Positions 10,058 through 20,761 of a stretch of DNA of 64,000 bases are shown in pieces (the stretch's first letter is position 1; the number at the start of each line of letters is the position of its first letter). The translations under genes and the position numbers were made by a program. Source of the stretch: Anaeromyxobacter sp. (GTDB taxonomy: Bacteria; Myxococcota; Myxococcia; Myxococcales; Anaeromyxobacteraceae); contig JASGJN010000022.1 in assembly GCA_049840735.1 (NCBI GenBank), forward strand, positions 224,001 to 288,000, read 5' to 3'. The notes under the pieces were generated by a model. It was not told where the DNA came from, did no database searches, and saw nothing but the letters and a program-made list of their open reading frames with translations.

Positions 10058-11545
10058 TCAGCTCATCGCCTGCCGGAGGAGGGACTCCTGGGTGGCCTCG
10101 CGGGCGTCGGCGACGCCCTTCACCAGCCCCTCGTGCATGACGAGGATCCGGTCGGAGATCTCGAGCACCTCCTCCAGCTCGGAGGAGATGTAGACCAGCG
10201 AGAGCCCCTCGCCGGCCAGCCGCCGCAGGTGCGCCTGGATCTCGCCCTTGGCGTGCACGTCGATGCCGCGGGTCGGCTCGTCCAGCACCAGGATGCGGCT
10301 CCCGGCCATCAGCCAGCGCGCCAGGATCACCTTCTGCTGGTTGCCGCCGCTCAGGCTGGTGATGGGGTCGGAGGGGTCGCCGAGCTTGATGCGCAGCCGC
10401 GCGACCTGCGCCGCCACCTCGCGCAGCAGCGCGCCGGAGCGGAGGCCGAGCGGGCCGCGGAACCGGCCCAGCGAAGGCTGGGCCATGTTCTCCGCGATGC
10501 TCAGCACCGGGAAGATGCCCTCCTGCTTCCGCTCCTCGGGCAGGTAGACCAGCCCCAGCGCGGCGGCGTCGGCGGGGTGGCGGATGCGCGCCGGGCGCCC
10601 CTCCACCTCGATGGTGCCGGCCTGCGGGCGGGTCACGCCGAACAGGCACTTGCCCAGCTCGGTGCGCCCCGAGCCGATCAGCCCGGCCACGCCCAGGATC
10701 TCCCCGCGGTGCAGGTCGAAGCTCACGTCGCGGAACTCGCCGGCGCGGGTGAGGCCCCGGACGCGCAGGACCACCGCCTCGGTCTGCCGCGCCGCGCGCT
10801 GGCTGGCCGCCCCTTCCACGCTGCGGCCGGCCATGTGCCGGACCAGCTCGTCCTTGCTGGTCGCGCCGGGCGCGAGCTCGGCCACCAGCTCGCCGTCGCG
10901 CATGACCGAGATCCGGTCCGAGAGGGCCAGCACCTCGTCCAGCCGGTGCGAGATGTAGAACACCGCCCCGCCGCGCGCCCGGAAGGCGCGGATGAAGTCG
11001 AAGAGCCGGCCCGACTCGCGGTAGGTGAGGGCGGCGGTGGGCTCGTCGAAGATCAGCACCTCGGCCGAGGTGGCGGCGGCCCGGGCGATCTGCACCAGCT
11101 GCTGCTGCGGCTTGCTCAGCGCCTGGACCGGCGCGTCGAGCGGGATGCCGGGGTCGATCTCGCGGACGTGCGCCGCGGCCTGCGCGCGGGTCCGCGCCCA
11201 GTCGATGGCCCGCAGCCGCCCCAGCGGCTGCGCGCCCAGCAGGACGTTCTCCGCCACCGTGAGCGCGGGGACCAGGTTCACCTCCTGGGGCGCGATGGCC
11301 ACGCCGGCGCGCTGCGCGTCGAGCGGGGAGCGGAAGGCGACCGGCGCGCCGCGCCGGTGGAGGGCGCCGCTGGTCGGCGCGAGCCGGCCGCAGAAGAGGC
11401 TCATGAGCGTGCTCTTGCCGGCGCCGTTCTCGCCCACCACGGCGTGCACCTCGCCGGCGCGGATCCCCAGCGTCACGCGGGAGACCGCCTGCACCACCCC
11501 GAAGCTCTTGGAGACGTCGCGCGCCTCCAGCAGCCACTCGCTCAC
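10058..11545 (-). CDS. Monosaccharide ABC transporter ATP-binding protein (RbsA-like, two ABC domains)
   Basis: GENGAGKST, LSGGNQQKV, LDEPTRGID. Confidence 0.95.
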   Translation of the reverse strand: MSEWLLEARDVSKSFGVVQAVSRVTLGIRAGEVHAVVGENGAGKSTLMSLFCGRLAPTSGALHRRGAPVAFRSPLDAQRAGVAIAPQEVNLVPALTVAENVLLGAQPLGRLRAIDWARTRAQAAAHVREIDPGIPLDAPVQALSKPQQQLVQIARAAATSAEVLIFDEPTAALTYRESGRLFDFIRAFRARGGAVFYISHRLDEVLALSDRISVMRDGELVAELAPGATSKDELVRHMAGRSVEGAASQRAARQTEAVVLRVRGLTRAGEFRDVSFDLHRGEILGVAGLIGSGRTELGKCLFGVTRPQAGTIEVEGRPARIRHPADAAALGLVYLPEERKQEGIFPVLSIAENMAQPSLGRFRGPLGLRSGALLREVAAQVARLRIKLGDPSDPITSLSGGNQQKVILARWLMAGSRILVLDEPTRGIDVHAKGEIQAHLRRLAGEGLSLVYISSELEEVLEISDRILVMHEGLVKGVADAREATQESLLRQAMS

Positions 11546-11603
11546 GCGGCACCTCGTGGGCCGGCGCGCCCCGCGACCGCGGGTGCGCGCCGGCCGCGGT
11601 GGC

Positions 11604-12557
11604 TCACTTCAGCAGGTCCTTGGTCAGGATCTGCGAGCCGGTGGCGTGGACCTTCGGCACGGTGTGGTTCTGGTTCATGGCGATGAGGTACTTCACGCCC
11701 CAGTAGCCGATCTCCCACTGCCGCTGCGCCTTCACGCCGGCGATGGAGCCGTCCTTGATGTGCTCCAGCGTCTCCGGGAGGTCGTCCATGCCGACGATGG
11801 TGACCTGGCCGGTCTTCTTGGCGTTGATCACGGCCCGGGCCGCGCCGATGGGGTTGGAGGCGTTGGAGCCGAAGATGCCCGCCAGGTCGGGGTTGGCCTG
11901 CAGCGCGTTCTCGGTGAGGCTGACGGCCTTCTCCAGGTTGTCCTCGTCCGGCTGCTCGAACACGATCTTGATGTTGGGGTGCTTCGCCATCGCGTCCTTG
12001 AAGCCCTTCACGCGGGCGGCGTGGTTGGTGGCGGTCAGGCTGCCGGAGAGGATGCCCACCTTGCCCTTGTCGCCGATCTTCTTCGCCAGGAACTCGGCCA
12101 GGTCCCAGCCGTCCTGGTAGTCGCCCTTGTGGCCGACGAAGACGAAGTCATCGGCGCAGAAGGTGTCGAAGGTGATGGTGTTGATGCCGGCCTTGACCGA
12201 CTCCTTGAGGAGCTGGACGTTGGTGGCGGGATCGAGGCAGGACACCGCCAGGCCGTCCGGCTTGCGGCCGATGTCGGTCTCGATGCGGCGGTTGTGATCG
12301 GCCACGTCGGCCTGCGGGGGCGCGTCCCAGATCAGCTTCACCTGGATGCCCTGGACCTTGGCCTCCTCGATGGCCTTGCGCGCGCCGGCCTGGACCACCT
12401 CGTACCAGGGGTGGACCACCTTGGGCACGAAGACGAAGGTCAGCTCCTTCTTGACGGGCTTGATGAGCTGGCCCTGGTCGAAGGCCAGCGAGGAGAGGGG
12501 GGCGAGCGTCAGGGCCGCGAGCAGCGCGCCGGCGAACCAGCAAGAGCGTCGAGACAT
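11604..12557 (-). CDS. Periplasmic sugar-binding protein (RbsB/LsrB-like)
   Basis: Signal peptide, FVPKVVHPWY, ILSGSLTATNHAARVKGF; first gene of the ABC operon. Confidence 0.92.
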   Translation of the reverse strand: MSRRSCWFAGALLAALTLAPLSSLAFDQGQLIKPVKKELTFVFVPKVVHPWYEVVQAGARKAIEEAKVQGIQVKLIWDAPPQADVADHNRRIETDIGRKPDGLAVSCLDPATNVQLLKESVKAGINTITFDTFCADDFVFVGHKGDYQDGWDLAEFLAKKIGDKGKVGILSGSLTATNHAARVKGFKDAMAKHPNIKIVFEQPDEDNLEKAVSLTENALQANPDLAGIFGSNASNPIGAARAVINAKKTGQVTIVGMDDLPETLEHIKDGSIAGVKAQRQWEIGYWGVKYLIAMNQNHTVPKVHATGSQILTKDLLK

Positions 12558-12609
12558 CTGCTTCCTCCGCGCGAGCACGGGCCTGCGCGAGCGGGCCCGG
12601 CGGGTGGTG

Positions 12610-12650
12610 TTCGTCGATGAGGGATTCTGAATATTTATGCTATCGACGAA
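12610..12650. promoter_or_regulatory. Candidate operator/promoter of the sugar ABC operon
   Basis: Perfect 9-bp inverted repeat TTCGTCGAT-N23-ATCGACGAA around an AT-rich spacer, about 55-95 bp upstream of the start. Confidence 0.5.
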
Positions 12651-12800
12651 TGTACATGCGCACTGTAGGCTTCGCCCGGTGTCGCTGACAAGTCGTGGCG
12701 TGCGAAGGCCCCCCGCTGGGACGCGGGGAGCAGGCCGCACGCTCGCTGGTCACTCGATCCCGCCGCCGGGACCGGTCGCCGGGCGAAGCCCGTGGCGCCC

Positions 12801-13916
12801 CTACCGCACCTCGGCCAGCGCCTCCGCGTAGACCTCGCGCACCCGCTCCGCCGTGCGACGCACCGTGAACTCCTGCAGCCGGCGCCGCCCGCCCTCCACC
12901 AGCCGCGCCCGCAGCGCCGGGTCGCGCAGCAGCCGCTCCACGGCCGCCGCCAGCGCCGGCACGTCGCTCACGGCGGCCAGCAGCCCGGTCTCGCCGTCGA
13001 CCACCACCTCCGGGATGCCGCCGGCCCGGGTGGACACCACCGGCACGCCGGCCGCGAAGGCGTCCAGCAGCGTCGTGCCCAGCCCCTCGGTGACCGAGGG
13101 GAAGAGCAGCACCGCGAGCTCCGCCAGCAGCGGCGGGACGTCGGCGCGGAAGCCGGTCAGCGCCACCTTCCCGGCCAGGCCGCGCGCGCGCAGGTCGGCC
13201 TCGATGGCGCCGCGCTCCTCGCCCTCGCCCACCAGCGCGAAGCGGACGTCGAGGCCGCGGTCCAGCAGCGCCGCCGCCACCGCCACGAAGGTCGGGTGGC
13301 CCTTGTGCGCCGCCAGCGCGGCCACGTTCCCGACGACGGGCACCTCCGGCGCCAGCCCCAGCTCGCGGTGGAGCCGTCCGTCCGCCGCCACGCCCTGGAA
13401 GCGGGCCAGGTCCACCCCGCTGTGGACCACCCGCAGCCGCCGGTCCGGTTCGCGCACCGCCGGGCGCAGCACCTCGGCGATGGCGCCGGAGACGCAGACG
13501 ATGCGCCGGACCGCGCGGTGGTCGTACTTCCAGCGGGTGAAGCGGTCGCGCTTGATGGGGAAGTCGACGCGCCGGTGGACGATCACCGGGGCCCGAAGGC
13601 CGAACAGGGAGGCGGCCAGCACCGCCGCCGTGTGGGCGTGCGGATCGTGGGCGTGAACCACCGCCGCGCCCAGCTCCGCCGCCGCGCGCGCCACGCCGCG
13701 GGCGAAGAACGGGTCCACCGCGCCGCGGCGGCGGAGCGGCACCACGCGGAAGCCCCGCTCGCGGGCGCGCCGCTCCAGCTCCGACCCCGCGACGCAGGCC
13801 AGCGCCTGCGGGACGTCCAGGGCGCCCAGCTGGGCGTAGAGCGAGGCGACCTGCTGCTCTCCGCCCCGCCAGGTGCGCGCGGAGGAGACGTGGAGGACGG
13901 CGTCGGAGGTGGTCAC
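12801..13916 (-). CDS. Glycosyltransferase family 4 (LPS-related)
   Basis: WRGGEQQ, HKGH, EGLGTTLLDAFAAGVPVV. Confidence 0.9.
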   Translation of the reverse strand: MTTSDAVLHVSSARTWRGGEQQVASLYAQLGALDVPQALACVAGSELERRARERGFRVVPLRRRGAVDPFFARGVARAAAELGAAVVHAHDPHAHTAAVLAASLFGLRAPVIVHRRVDFPIKRDRFTRWKYDHRAVRRIVCVSGAIAEVLRPAVREPDRRLRVVHSGVDLARFQGVAADGRLHRELGLAPEVPVVGNVAALAAHKGHPTFVAVAAALLDRGLDVRFALVGEGEERGAIEADLRARGLAGKVALTGFRADVPPLLAELAVLLFPSVTEGLGTTLLDAFAAGVPVVSTRAGGIPEVVVDGETGLLAAVSDVPALAAAVERLLRDPALRARLVEGGRRRLQEFTVRRTAERVREVYAEALAEVR

Positions 13917-13970
13917 CCCGCCATCGTAGCCCGGCTTGGGCAGGTTGGGTTGGCCGCGCCGCGCGCGGCG

Positions 13971-14753
13971 CTACGGCGCCGGGGCGTCCGGCCGCTGCCG
14001 CGCCTCGCGGTGCAGGTCCCAGAGCCGGACCTGCTTGAGCAGCGCCGCCTGCGCGTGCATGGCGGCCAGCACGAAGCCGTGCAGGCCGTCCAGGAACCCC
14101 CGCTTCACGACGTAGGCGCGGAAGAACGTGACCAGCGGGGAGAAGACGATGCCCAGCGCGGAGGGGCGCCGCCCGCGCGAGAGCCGGTGCTGCGCCGCCA
14201 GGGCCGAGTAGTGGGCCACCTTGGCGACGTGGTCCGGGAACCGCTCGCAGGCCCGGTGCAGGAGCTGTCCGGGCAGGCGGGTGATCGTGGTGCCGGGCGC
14301 GAGCCGCAGCGACTCGTGCACCAGGGCGTCGTCCCAGGACGCCTGGCCGCGGTGGAACAGGCGCACCTTGCGGTCCGGGTACTCGAAGCCGTGCCGGATC
14401 CAGCGGCCGTAGAACCAGTTGAGCCGCGCGGAGGCGTAGGCGCCCGAGAGCCCGGCCTGCTTGGCCTGGAGGATGGCGGCGCGCAGCGGCTCGTCCAGCG
14501 CCTCGTCCGCGTCGAGCGAGAGGATCCAGTCGTGGGCGGCCAGCGCGTTGGCCCGGTTCTTCTGCGGGCCGAAGCCGAGCCAGTCCTGGTGGACCACCCG
14601 CGCGCCCAGCGCCTCGCAGGCGGCCACGGTCCCGTCCGTCGAGCCCGAGTCCACCACCAGGATCTCGTCGGCGATCCCCGCCAGCGAGCGGAGGCACCGC
14701 TCCACGGACCGCACCTCGTTCTTGGTGATCAGGACGGCCGAGACGGGATCCAT
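13971..14753 (-). CDS. Glycosyltransferase family 2 (KdtX/LgtF-like)
   Basis: ITKNE, VVDSGSTDGT, WLGFGPQKN, WILSLDADE, VHE. Confidence 0.9.
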   Translation of the reverse strand: MDPVSAVLITKNEVRSVERCLRSLAGIADEILVVDSGSTDGTVAACEALGARVVHQDWLGFGPQKNRANALAAHDWILSLDADEALDEPLRAAILQAKQAGLSGAYASARLNWFYGRWIRHGFEYPDRKVRLFHRGQASWDDALVHESLRLAPGTTITRLPGQLLHRACERFPDHVAKVAHYSALAAQHRLSRGRRPSALGIVFSPLVTFFRAYVVKRGFLDGLHGFVLAAMHAQAALLKQVRLWDLHREARQRPDAPAP

Positions 14754-14808
14754 GCGTGGACCGGTGTACCGCGGCTGCGCGGGGCTGACAACGCGTCCCG
14801 GGCCGGGG

Positions 14809-15402
14809 TCAGCGCCAGAACGCCAGCAGGCGATCTCCCTCCTCCGGCATCACCACCTCCTCCACCAGCCGCAGGCCGGCGTCGCGCCCCAGCGCCGCCA
14901 GCCGCTCCACGCGGCGGACCCCCAGCGCCGGATCGTGCGCCGAGAGCTCGCGCTCGAGCCGCGCCAGCCGGCCGGCCAGCGGCGCGTCGCCGCGCGGGAA
15001 GGGGCCTTCGATCACCAGCGGCCGCCCCGGCGCCAGCGCGCGCGCGGCCCCGGCGAAGAGCGCCTCCGCGACCGGCCACGGCGTCACGTGCAGCACGTTG
15101 AGGCAGAGCAGCGCCTCGGCCTGCACCGCGTGCCACGCGTCGGCCCGCAGGTCGAGGTCGAGCGGCGGGCGCAGGTTGGGCAGCCCCGCCTCCGCCGCCC
15201 ACGCCGCGATGCTGGCCCGCGCCTCCGGATCCGGGTCGCTCGGCTGCCAGGTGAGCCCGGGGAACCGCGCGGCCAGGAAGAGCGCGTGCTCGCCCGTGCC
15301 GCTGCCCAGCTCCAGCACCGTCCCCGCCGGCGGGAGCAGCTCGTCCAGCGCGGCGGCGATCGCCTCGCGGTTGCGCAGCGCGGCGCGGGCGGTACGCTTC
15401 AC
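14809..15402 (-). CDS. DUF938 SAM-dependent methyltransferase-like protein
   Basis: AALRNREAI, VLELGSGTGEHA, WQPSD. Confidence 0.85.
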   Translation of the reverse strand: MKRTARAALRNREAIAAALDELLPPAGTVLELGSGTGEHALFLAARFPGLTWQPSDPDPEARASIAAWAAEAGLPNLRPPLDLDLRADAWHAVQAEALLCLNVLHVTPWPVAEALFAGAARALAPGRPLVIEGPFPRGDAPLAGRLARLERELSAHDPALGVRRVERLAALGRDAGLRLVEEVVMPEEGDRLLAFWR

Positions 15403-15548
15403 GGACGTGAGTATGCCCGCCGGCGCCCCCGGCCGCGAGCGCCGCGCCCGGCCAGCCGCTCCCCCGCGCCAGGGACCCCGCCGCCCGGCTTCCCGGGGGC
15501 CCCCGCGGCGCGCCCTTCCGGATTAAGGTGACGATCCCAGGAGCCCCG

Positions 15549-16676
15549 ATGCCCCCTCGCCCCGCCCCCGTCCTCCGCAGCGCCACCCTCGCCCTGGCCG
15601 CCCTGGCCCTGGCCTGCGCCGGGGTCCGCCCGGCCGGCGCACCCAGCCTGGAGCGGCGCAGCTTCCAGGTGGAGGACCGCGGCGCCCTGGAGGTGGGCAT
15701 CCCGGCGGGCTGGAGCGTGCGCGAGGTGGAGGGCTCCGGCCAGCTGCCCGGCTCCACGCTCGAGCTGGCGCCGCGCGACCGCGCCTTCGTGCTGCACCTG
15801 ACCCCGCTCGCGAACCCGGCCCAGGGCGCCACCGCCGGGGCCGACGCGGCGCAGGTCATGGCCGAGCTGGCCCGCCGCTCCGCCAGCGAGTCGGCCGTCG
15901 AGCGCGAGATCGCCCTCCAGGAGCTGCGCGGGCAGGCGGGCGTGCACGGGTACTGGTTCGCCGTCACCGACCGGACCATGGAGGGGCGGACCGCGAAGCC
16001 GGAGGAGTTCCGCCACCTGCTGCAGGGCGCGGCCTCGGTGGGGGACCTGATCGTCGTCTTCACGCTGCTCGACAACGCCGAGGGGCCGCAGCGGGAGCAG
16101 GTGCTGGAGCTGGTGCGCGGGGCCCGCCAGCTGGGCGGCGAGCCGGCGCGGGCCGGCGGGGCGGGCGCCGATCGCGAGGCTGGCCCCGCGGACGGGCTGG
16201 AGCGGGACCCGGGCGCCGCCACCGAGCCGGCGGTGCTGGGCACGGGCGACGGCAAGGTGACGGCGCTGGTGGACCTGCCCGGCTTCACGCTCTACAAGCC
16301 GCGCCTCGCCTCCGACGGCGGGAGCGCGCTGCTGGTGGCCGAGCAGCCGGGGGAGGGGCTGGTGGCGTCGCTGCTGCTCACCCGCCAGGAGGGCGCCAGC
16401 GACGCGCGCAGCTGCCGCGACCAGGCGCTGGACCGCATCCAGCGCGCCGAGCCCGGCGTGGAGGCGCTGGAGCGGAGCGAGCGCGCCGGCGCGGCCCGCG
16501 CCACCTACGCGGTCCACGAGGCCGGCGGCGGGACGCTGCACCACGCGCACGCCTTCCTGCAGCGCGACGGCGTCTGCGTCAGCGTGCACGTGAGCGCCGG
16601 CGGCCAGACCACGCGGCAGCAGCAGCAGCGGCTGGAGCGGATCCTGGCCTCGCTGCGGCTGTCCGAGGTGCTTTAG
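15549..16676 (+). CDS. Hypothetical lipoprotein with two domains joined by a Gly/Ala linker
   Basis: Signal peptide ending LALAC; codon bias. Confidence 0.65.
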   Translation: MPPRPAPVLRSATLALAALALACAGVRPAGAPSLERRSFQVEDRGALEVGIPAGWSVREVEGSGQLPGSTLELAPRDRAFVLHLTPLANPAQGATAGADAAQVMAELARRSASESAVEREIALQELRGQAGVHGYWFAVTDRTMEGRTAKPEEFRHLLQGAASVGDLIVVFTLLDNAEGPQREQVLELVRGARQLGGEPARAGGAGADREAGPADGLERDPGAATEPAVLGTGDGKVTALVDLPGFTLYKPRLASDGGSALLVAEQPGEGLVASLLLTRQEGASDARSCRDQALDRIQRAEPGVEALERSERAGAARATYAVHEAGGGTLHHAHAFLQRDGVCVSVHVSAGGQTTRQQQQRLERILASLRLSEVL

Positions 16677-16713
16677 GACCCACGCCGCCGCGGAGTGCGG
16701 TAGGACCATCGCC

Positions 16714-17451
16714 ATGGTGGAGCCCTTCCGCGAGCCGTTCGTCGTCCACACCTACGGAACCGACGCCTTCCTCACGCTGGCCACCCCGGCGCTGACCGGG
16801 TTCCTGATGGAGGCCGCCGGGCTGCACGCCCAGGCGCTCAACGTGGGCGTGGAGGGGCTCTGGGCGCGCGGGCTGTCCTGGGTGATCGGCCGGCTGCGGC
16901 TGGAGCTCGACCGGCCCATCCGGCTGGGCGAGACCCTGGAGATCGAGACCTGGCCCTCCGGCATCGACCGGCTGGCGGCGCTGCGCGACTTCCGCGTCAC
17001 CGCCGGCGGCGAGGAGGTGGCCCGCGCCTCGACGCAGTGGTTCGTGCTCGACCTCACCACCCGCCGCCCGGTGAAGCTGGAGGGCGTGCTCGACCCGCGC
17101 TTCCCGCGCGACGGCGCCCACGCGGTGGCCTTCACGCCCGGCAAGCTGCCCGAGCTGGCCACCTGGGACTTCCAGAAGCGGTTCCACATCCGCTACGCCG
17201 ACATGGACGTGAACGGCCACGTCAACAACGGCTCCTACCTGGCCTGGGCGCTCGAGGCCGTGCCGCGCGAGGTCTGGGCCGGCCTGCGCCTCTCCGCGCT
17301 GGAGGTGCAGTACCTGGCCGAGTGCCGCGAGGGCAGCGCCATCCTCTCGCGCCAGTCGCTCACCGGCGAGGCCGCCTACGCGCACGCCATCGTCCGCGAG
17401 GAGGACGGCAAGGAGCTGGCCCGGGCGACGACACGGTGGGTGAAGCGGTAG
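16714..17451 (+). CDS. Acyl-ACP thioesterase
   Basis: Double hotdog pattern, RYADMDVNGHVNN, YLAEC. Confidence 0.9.
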   Translation: MVEPFREPFVVHTYGTDAFLTLATPALTGFLMEAAGLHAQALNVGVEGLWARGLSWVIGRLRLELDRPIRLGETLEIETWPSGIDRLAALRDFRVTAGGEEVARASTQWFVLDLTTRRPVKLEGVLDPRFPRDGAHAVAFTPGKLPELATWDFQKRFHIRYADMDVNGHVNNGSYLAWALEAVPREVWAGLRLSALEVQYLAECREGSAILSRQSLTGEAAYAHAIVREEDGKELARATTRWVKR

Positions 17452-17458
17452 GCCCGGG

Positions 17459-17506
17459 CCTTCGACTCCGCGAGCCCTGCGGGCTCGCTGCGCTCAGGCC
17501 GGACGG
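17459..17506 (+). repeat. REP-like element between convergent genes
   Basis: CCTTCGACTCC-GCGAGCCCTGCGGGCTCGC-TGCGCTCAGGCCGGACGG. Confidence 0.8.
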
Positions 17507-17530
17507 GCGGTGAAGGGGCCGCTCCGAGCC

Positions 17531-18066
17531 CTACCCGAACACCGCCCGCGCCACCAGCACGGCCGCGATCATCCCGGCCAGGTCGGCCAGCAGGCCGGCC
17601 GCCAGCGCCTGGCGGTAGCGCGTGACGCCCGCCGCGCCCATGTAGACCGCCAGCACGTAGAAGGTGGTCTCGGTCGAGCCCGCCATGATGGAGGCCACCC
17701 GGCCGGCCCAGGAGTCCGGCCCCTCGGTGCGCAGCACGTCCCCCACCACGCCCAGCGCCGCGCCGCCCGAGAGCGGGCGGACCAGCGCCACCGGCAGCAC
17801 CGAGGGCGGCAGCCCCAGCGCCGAGGTGAGCGGCGCCAGCGCCTGCGCCGCCGCGTCCAGCGCCCCCGAGGCGCGCAGCATGGCCAGCAGCACGAAGATG
17901 GCCACCAGCGGCGGGATGATCCGCACCGCGGTCTCGAAGCCCTGCTTGGCGCCGTCCAGGAAGACCGGGTAGACGTTCACGCGCCGGGTGAGCGCCAGGA
18001 GCGGGATCCCCACCAGCAGCAGCGGGATGGCCCAGGTGGAGATGGCGTCCAGGACGGACTTCAGCG
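17531..18066 (-). CDS. spmB: Spore maturation protein B-like membrane protein; start uncertain
   Basis: VYPVFLDGAKQGF, RPLSGG, GSTETTFYVLAVY; homologous reading frame extends upstream of GTG 18013 (LKSVLDAISTWAIP). Confidence 0.82.
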
Positions 18067-18068
18067 TC

Positions 18069-18655
18069 TCAGGGCTCCCGCACCGGGAAGAGCCGGCGCA
18101 GCCCGCGGGCCGCCAGCACCGCCACCACCACGCCGCAGGCCGAGGCCAGCAGCGTCGGGCCGATGATCTCGCCCGGCGCGCGCGAGCCGGCCGCCACCCG
18201 CAGCGCGATCACGCTGGCGGGCACCAGCTGGATGGAGGCCGTGTTGAGCGCGCACAGCATCGCCTGCGCGTCGGTGGCCGTGCCCGGGCGCGGGTTGAGC
18301 TGCTCCAGCTCCTTCATGGCCTGGATGCCGAAGGGCGTGGCCGCGTTGCCCAGCCCCAGCACGTTGGCCGAGACGTTCATGACGATGGCGCCCATGGCCG
18401 GGTGCCCCCGGGGGACCCCCGGGAACAGCCGGGCCAGCACCGGCCCCAGCGCCCGCGCCAGGGCGCGCACCAGCCCGGCCTCCTCCGCCACCCGCATGAG
18501 GCCGAGCCAGAGGGCCATGGCGCCCGCCAGCCCGAGGGAGAAGGTGACCGCCTTTCCGGCCGCTTCCACGGCCGCGGTGGTGAGATCCCCATGCGGCCGT
18601 TCGCCGCCGCCACCACCACCGACACCACCAGCAGCAGCGTCCAGAGCGCGCCCAT
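18069..18655 (-). CDS. spmA: Spore maturation protein A-like membrane protein, frameshifted near 18590
   Basis: MGALWTLLLVVSVVVAAANGRMG joins DLTTAAVEAA...LGLGNAATPFGIQAMKEL if one base is added in the C4 run at 18587-18590. Confidence 0.85.
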
Positions 18656-18730
18656 TCGCCGCGATTGTGTCCTGGCCCACCCCGAAGGCGAGTTTTTGGT
18701 ACAAGGCGCGTGTTACGGGGAAGGCAACCC

Positions 18731-20304
18731 ATGCAGACCATCCGCCTCGCCGCCCTCCTGTCGCTCGCGTCCCTCCTCGCCGCCTGCCCCGAGCCGCGCG
18801 TCGAGAGCCAGCGCGAGCCGCCCCGCCCACCCCAGGCCACGATCTCCGCCGGCGCCGGCAACCAGCCGGACGTGCTCGGCGTCCCCCGGCCGGACGGGCA
18901 GGAGTGGTACGGCATCTACATCGGCGGCCAGAAGGCCGGCTGGGTGCAGCAGTCGGTGCACCGCGAGATCCGCGACGGCCGCGACGTGCTGGTCGCCACC
19001 GGCCAGCAGCACCTCAAGGCGCTCGGCGCCGGCAAGCAGATCGAGCGGAGCCTGTCCGAGGAGCGCGTCTACGAGGCGCGCCCCGGCGGGCGCCTGCTCT
19101 CGGTCCGGACCACGTTCAGCGGCGACGGGGGCGAGCGGGTGCTGACCGGCGGCTGCGCGCGCGAGCGGTGCCAGCTCGGATCCGCACCCAGGGGCTCGAG
19201 CCGCAGGACCGCGTGGTGGACGGGATCACCGAGACCACCGAGCTGGCCGATCCGGTCCGGCTGGCGGCCGCGCGCCGCGGCGTGATCCGGGCCGTCCACC
19301 TCGAGACCTTGCAGGTGCGGGCGCAGGAGATGGAGTGGCGCTATGTCGGGCGCAGGTCCATCGCGGGGGCCGGCGTGCAGCAGGAGGTGGCGGTCGTCAC
19401 GGAGATGGAGCTCGGCGACCGCATCAAGACCGAGTACCTGGTGGCGGACGACGGCCGCTTCGTCGAGATCAGCCAGGGCGAGGGCGTGGTGATGCGGCCC
19501 GAGCCCGAGGCGCAGGCGCGGTCGCTGGAGGCCGTCGATCTCTTCGCCCTCATCAGCGCCCCGCTGCCCGGGCCCGTCCCGAGGGACGTGCCCGCCACCG
19601 TCGTCTACCGGCTCCAGGGGCTGCCGGCCGCCTTCGCCGTGGACGACGGCAGGCAGAAGTTCGAGAAGGCCCGGGACGGCGCCACGCTCCTGACCGTCGC
19701 CGTCCGCGCGCCGGTGGCCGCCGACCCGGCCCGCGACACGCCGCTCCACCGGGCCGCGCAGGGCGCCGACCCGGAGGACCTGGAGGCGACCGGCGAGGTG
19801 GACGCGGACAACCCGGCCATCGTGGCGCTGGCGCGCCAGGTCGCCGGCGACGCCCCGGGGGCCTACGCGGCCGCCGTCCGGCTGGCGCAGCACGTCCACG
19901 GCCGGCTGCGGCCGGCGTACGGCGCCAGCCACGACCGGGCCAGCGAGGTGCTGGCCGCGGGCCAGGGCGACTGCTCGGAGCACGCCATCCTGACCGCGGC
20001 CCTGACCCGCGCGCTGGGCATCCCCACGCGCAAGGTGCAGGGGCTGGTCTACGCGCCGTACGTCGCCGGCCGGGACGCCCTCTACTGGCACGCCTGGGTC
20101 GAGGTGCGGAGCGCCGGCGAGTGGATCGCCATCGACCCCATCTTCGACCAGCCGGTGGCCGACGCCTCCCACATCACGCTCGGCCGGAACAACCGCGTCG
20201 ACACCCCCGGGCTGTTCGGCGCCCTCAAGGTCACCGCCCTCGAGATCCGCGAGCCCCGCGCCGCGGGCAAGGTCCGCCCGGCCAGCGCCGCGCCGGGGAA
20301 GTGA
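18731..20304 (+). CDS. Transglutaminase-like lipoprotein, frameshifted near 19177
   Basis: Lipobox LLAAC; WYGIYIGGQKAG; catalytic motifs GDCSEHA, HAWVEV, IDP in the second frame. Confidence 0.82.
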
Positions 20305-20353
20305 GCCCGCACCCGCATTCACCCGCAGCACCCGATAGAAAGTGAGAACGCAG

Positions 20354-20761
20354 ATGTCTTCCGGTTCCGGTCTCGATCACGTCGCCATCCTCGTCGCCAA
20401 TCTCGATGCCGCGGTGAAGCTGTACCGCGACGTCTACGGCCTGCCCGCCCCCGAGATCGAGGAGGTCCCCACCGAGCAGGTCAAGGTGGCGATCTTCGGC
20501 CACGGCGCCGGGCGCATCGAGCTGGTCAGCCCGCTCACGCCGGCCAGCCCGCTCGCCAAGCAGCTCGAGAAGCGGGGTGAGGGGCTGCACCACATCTGCC
20601 TCTCGGTCCCGAACATCGAGGGCTCGATGGCGTCGCTCAAGTCGGCCGGCGCGCCGCTGCTCGACGAGAAGCCCCGCCCCGGCGCCGGCGGCTCGAAGGT
20701 GGCGTTCGTCCACCCCAAGGGCAGCCGCGGCGTCCTGGTGGAGCTGAAGCAGGAGCAGTAG
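20354..20761 (+). CDS. mce: Methylmalonyl-CoA epimerase
   Basis: LDHVAI, RGEGLHHIC, PRPGAGGSKVAFVHPK...GVLVEL. Confidence 0.9.
   Translation: MSSGSGLDHVAILVANLDAAVKLYRDVYGLPAPEIEEVPTEQVKVAIFGHGAGRIELVSPLTPASPLAKQLEKRGEGLHHICLSVPNIEGSMASLKSAGAPLLDEKPRPGAGGSKVAFVHPKGSRGVLVELKQEQ

Noticed and set aside
9054..11552. 832-aa ORF suggesting a fused ABC protein
   Set aside because: The N-terminal part is an off-frame read of the ATPase gene; the permease starts at 10055
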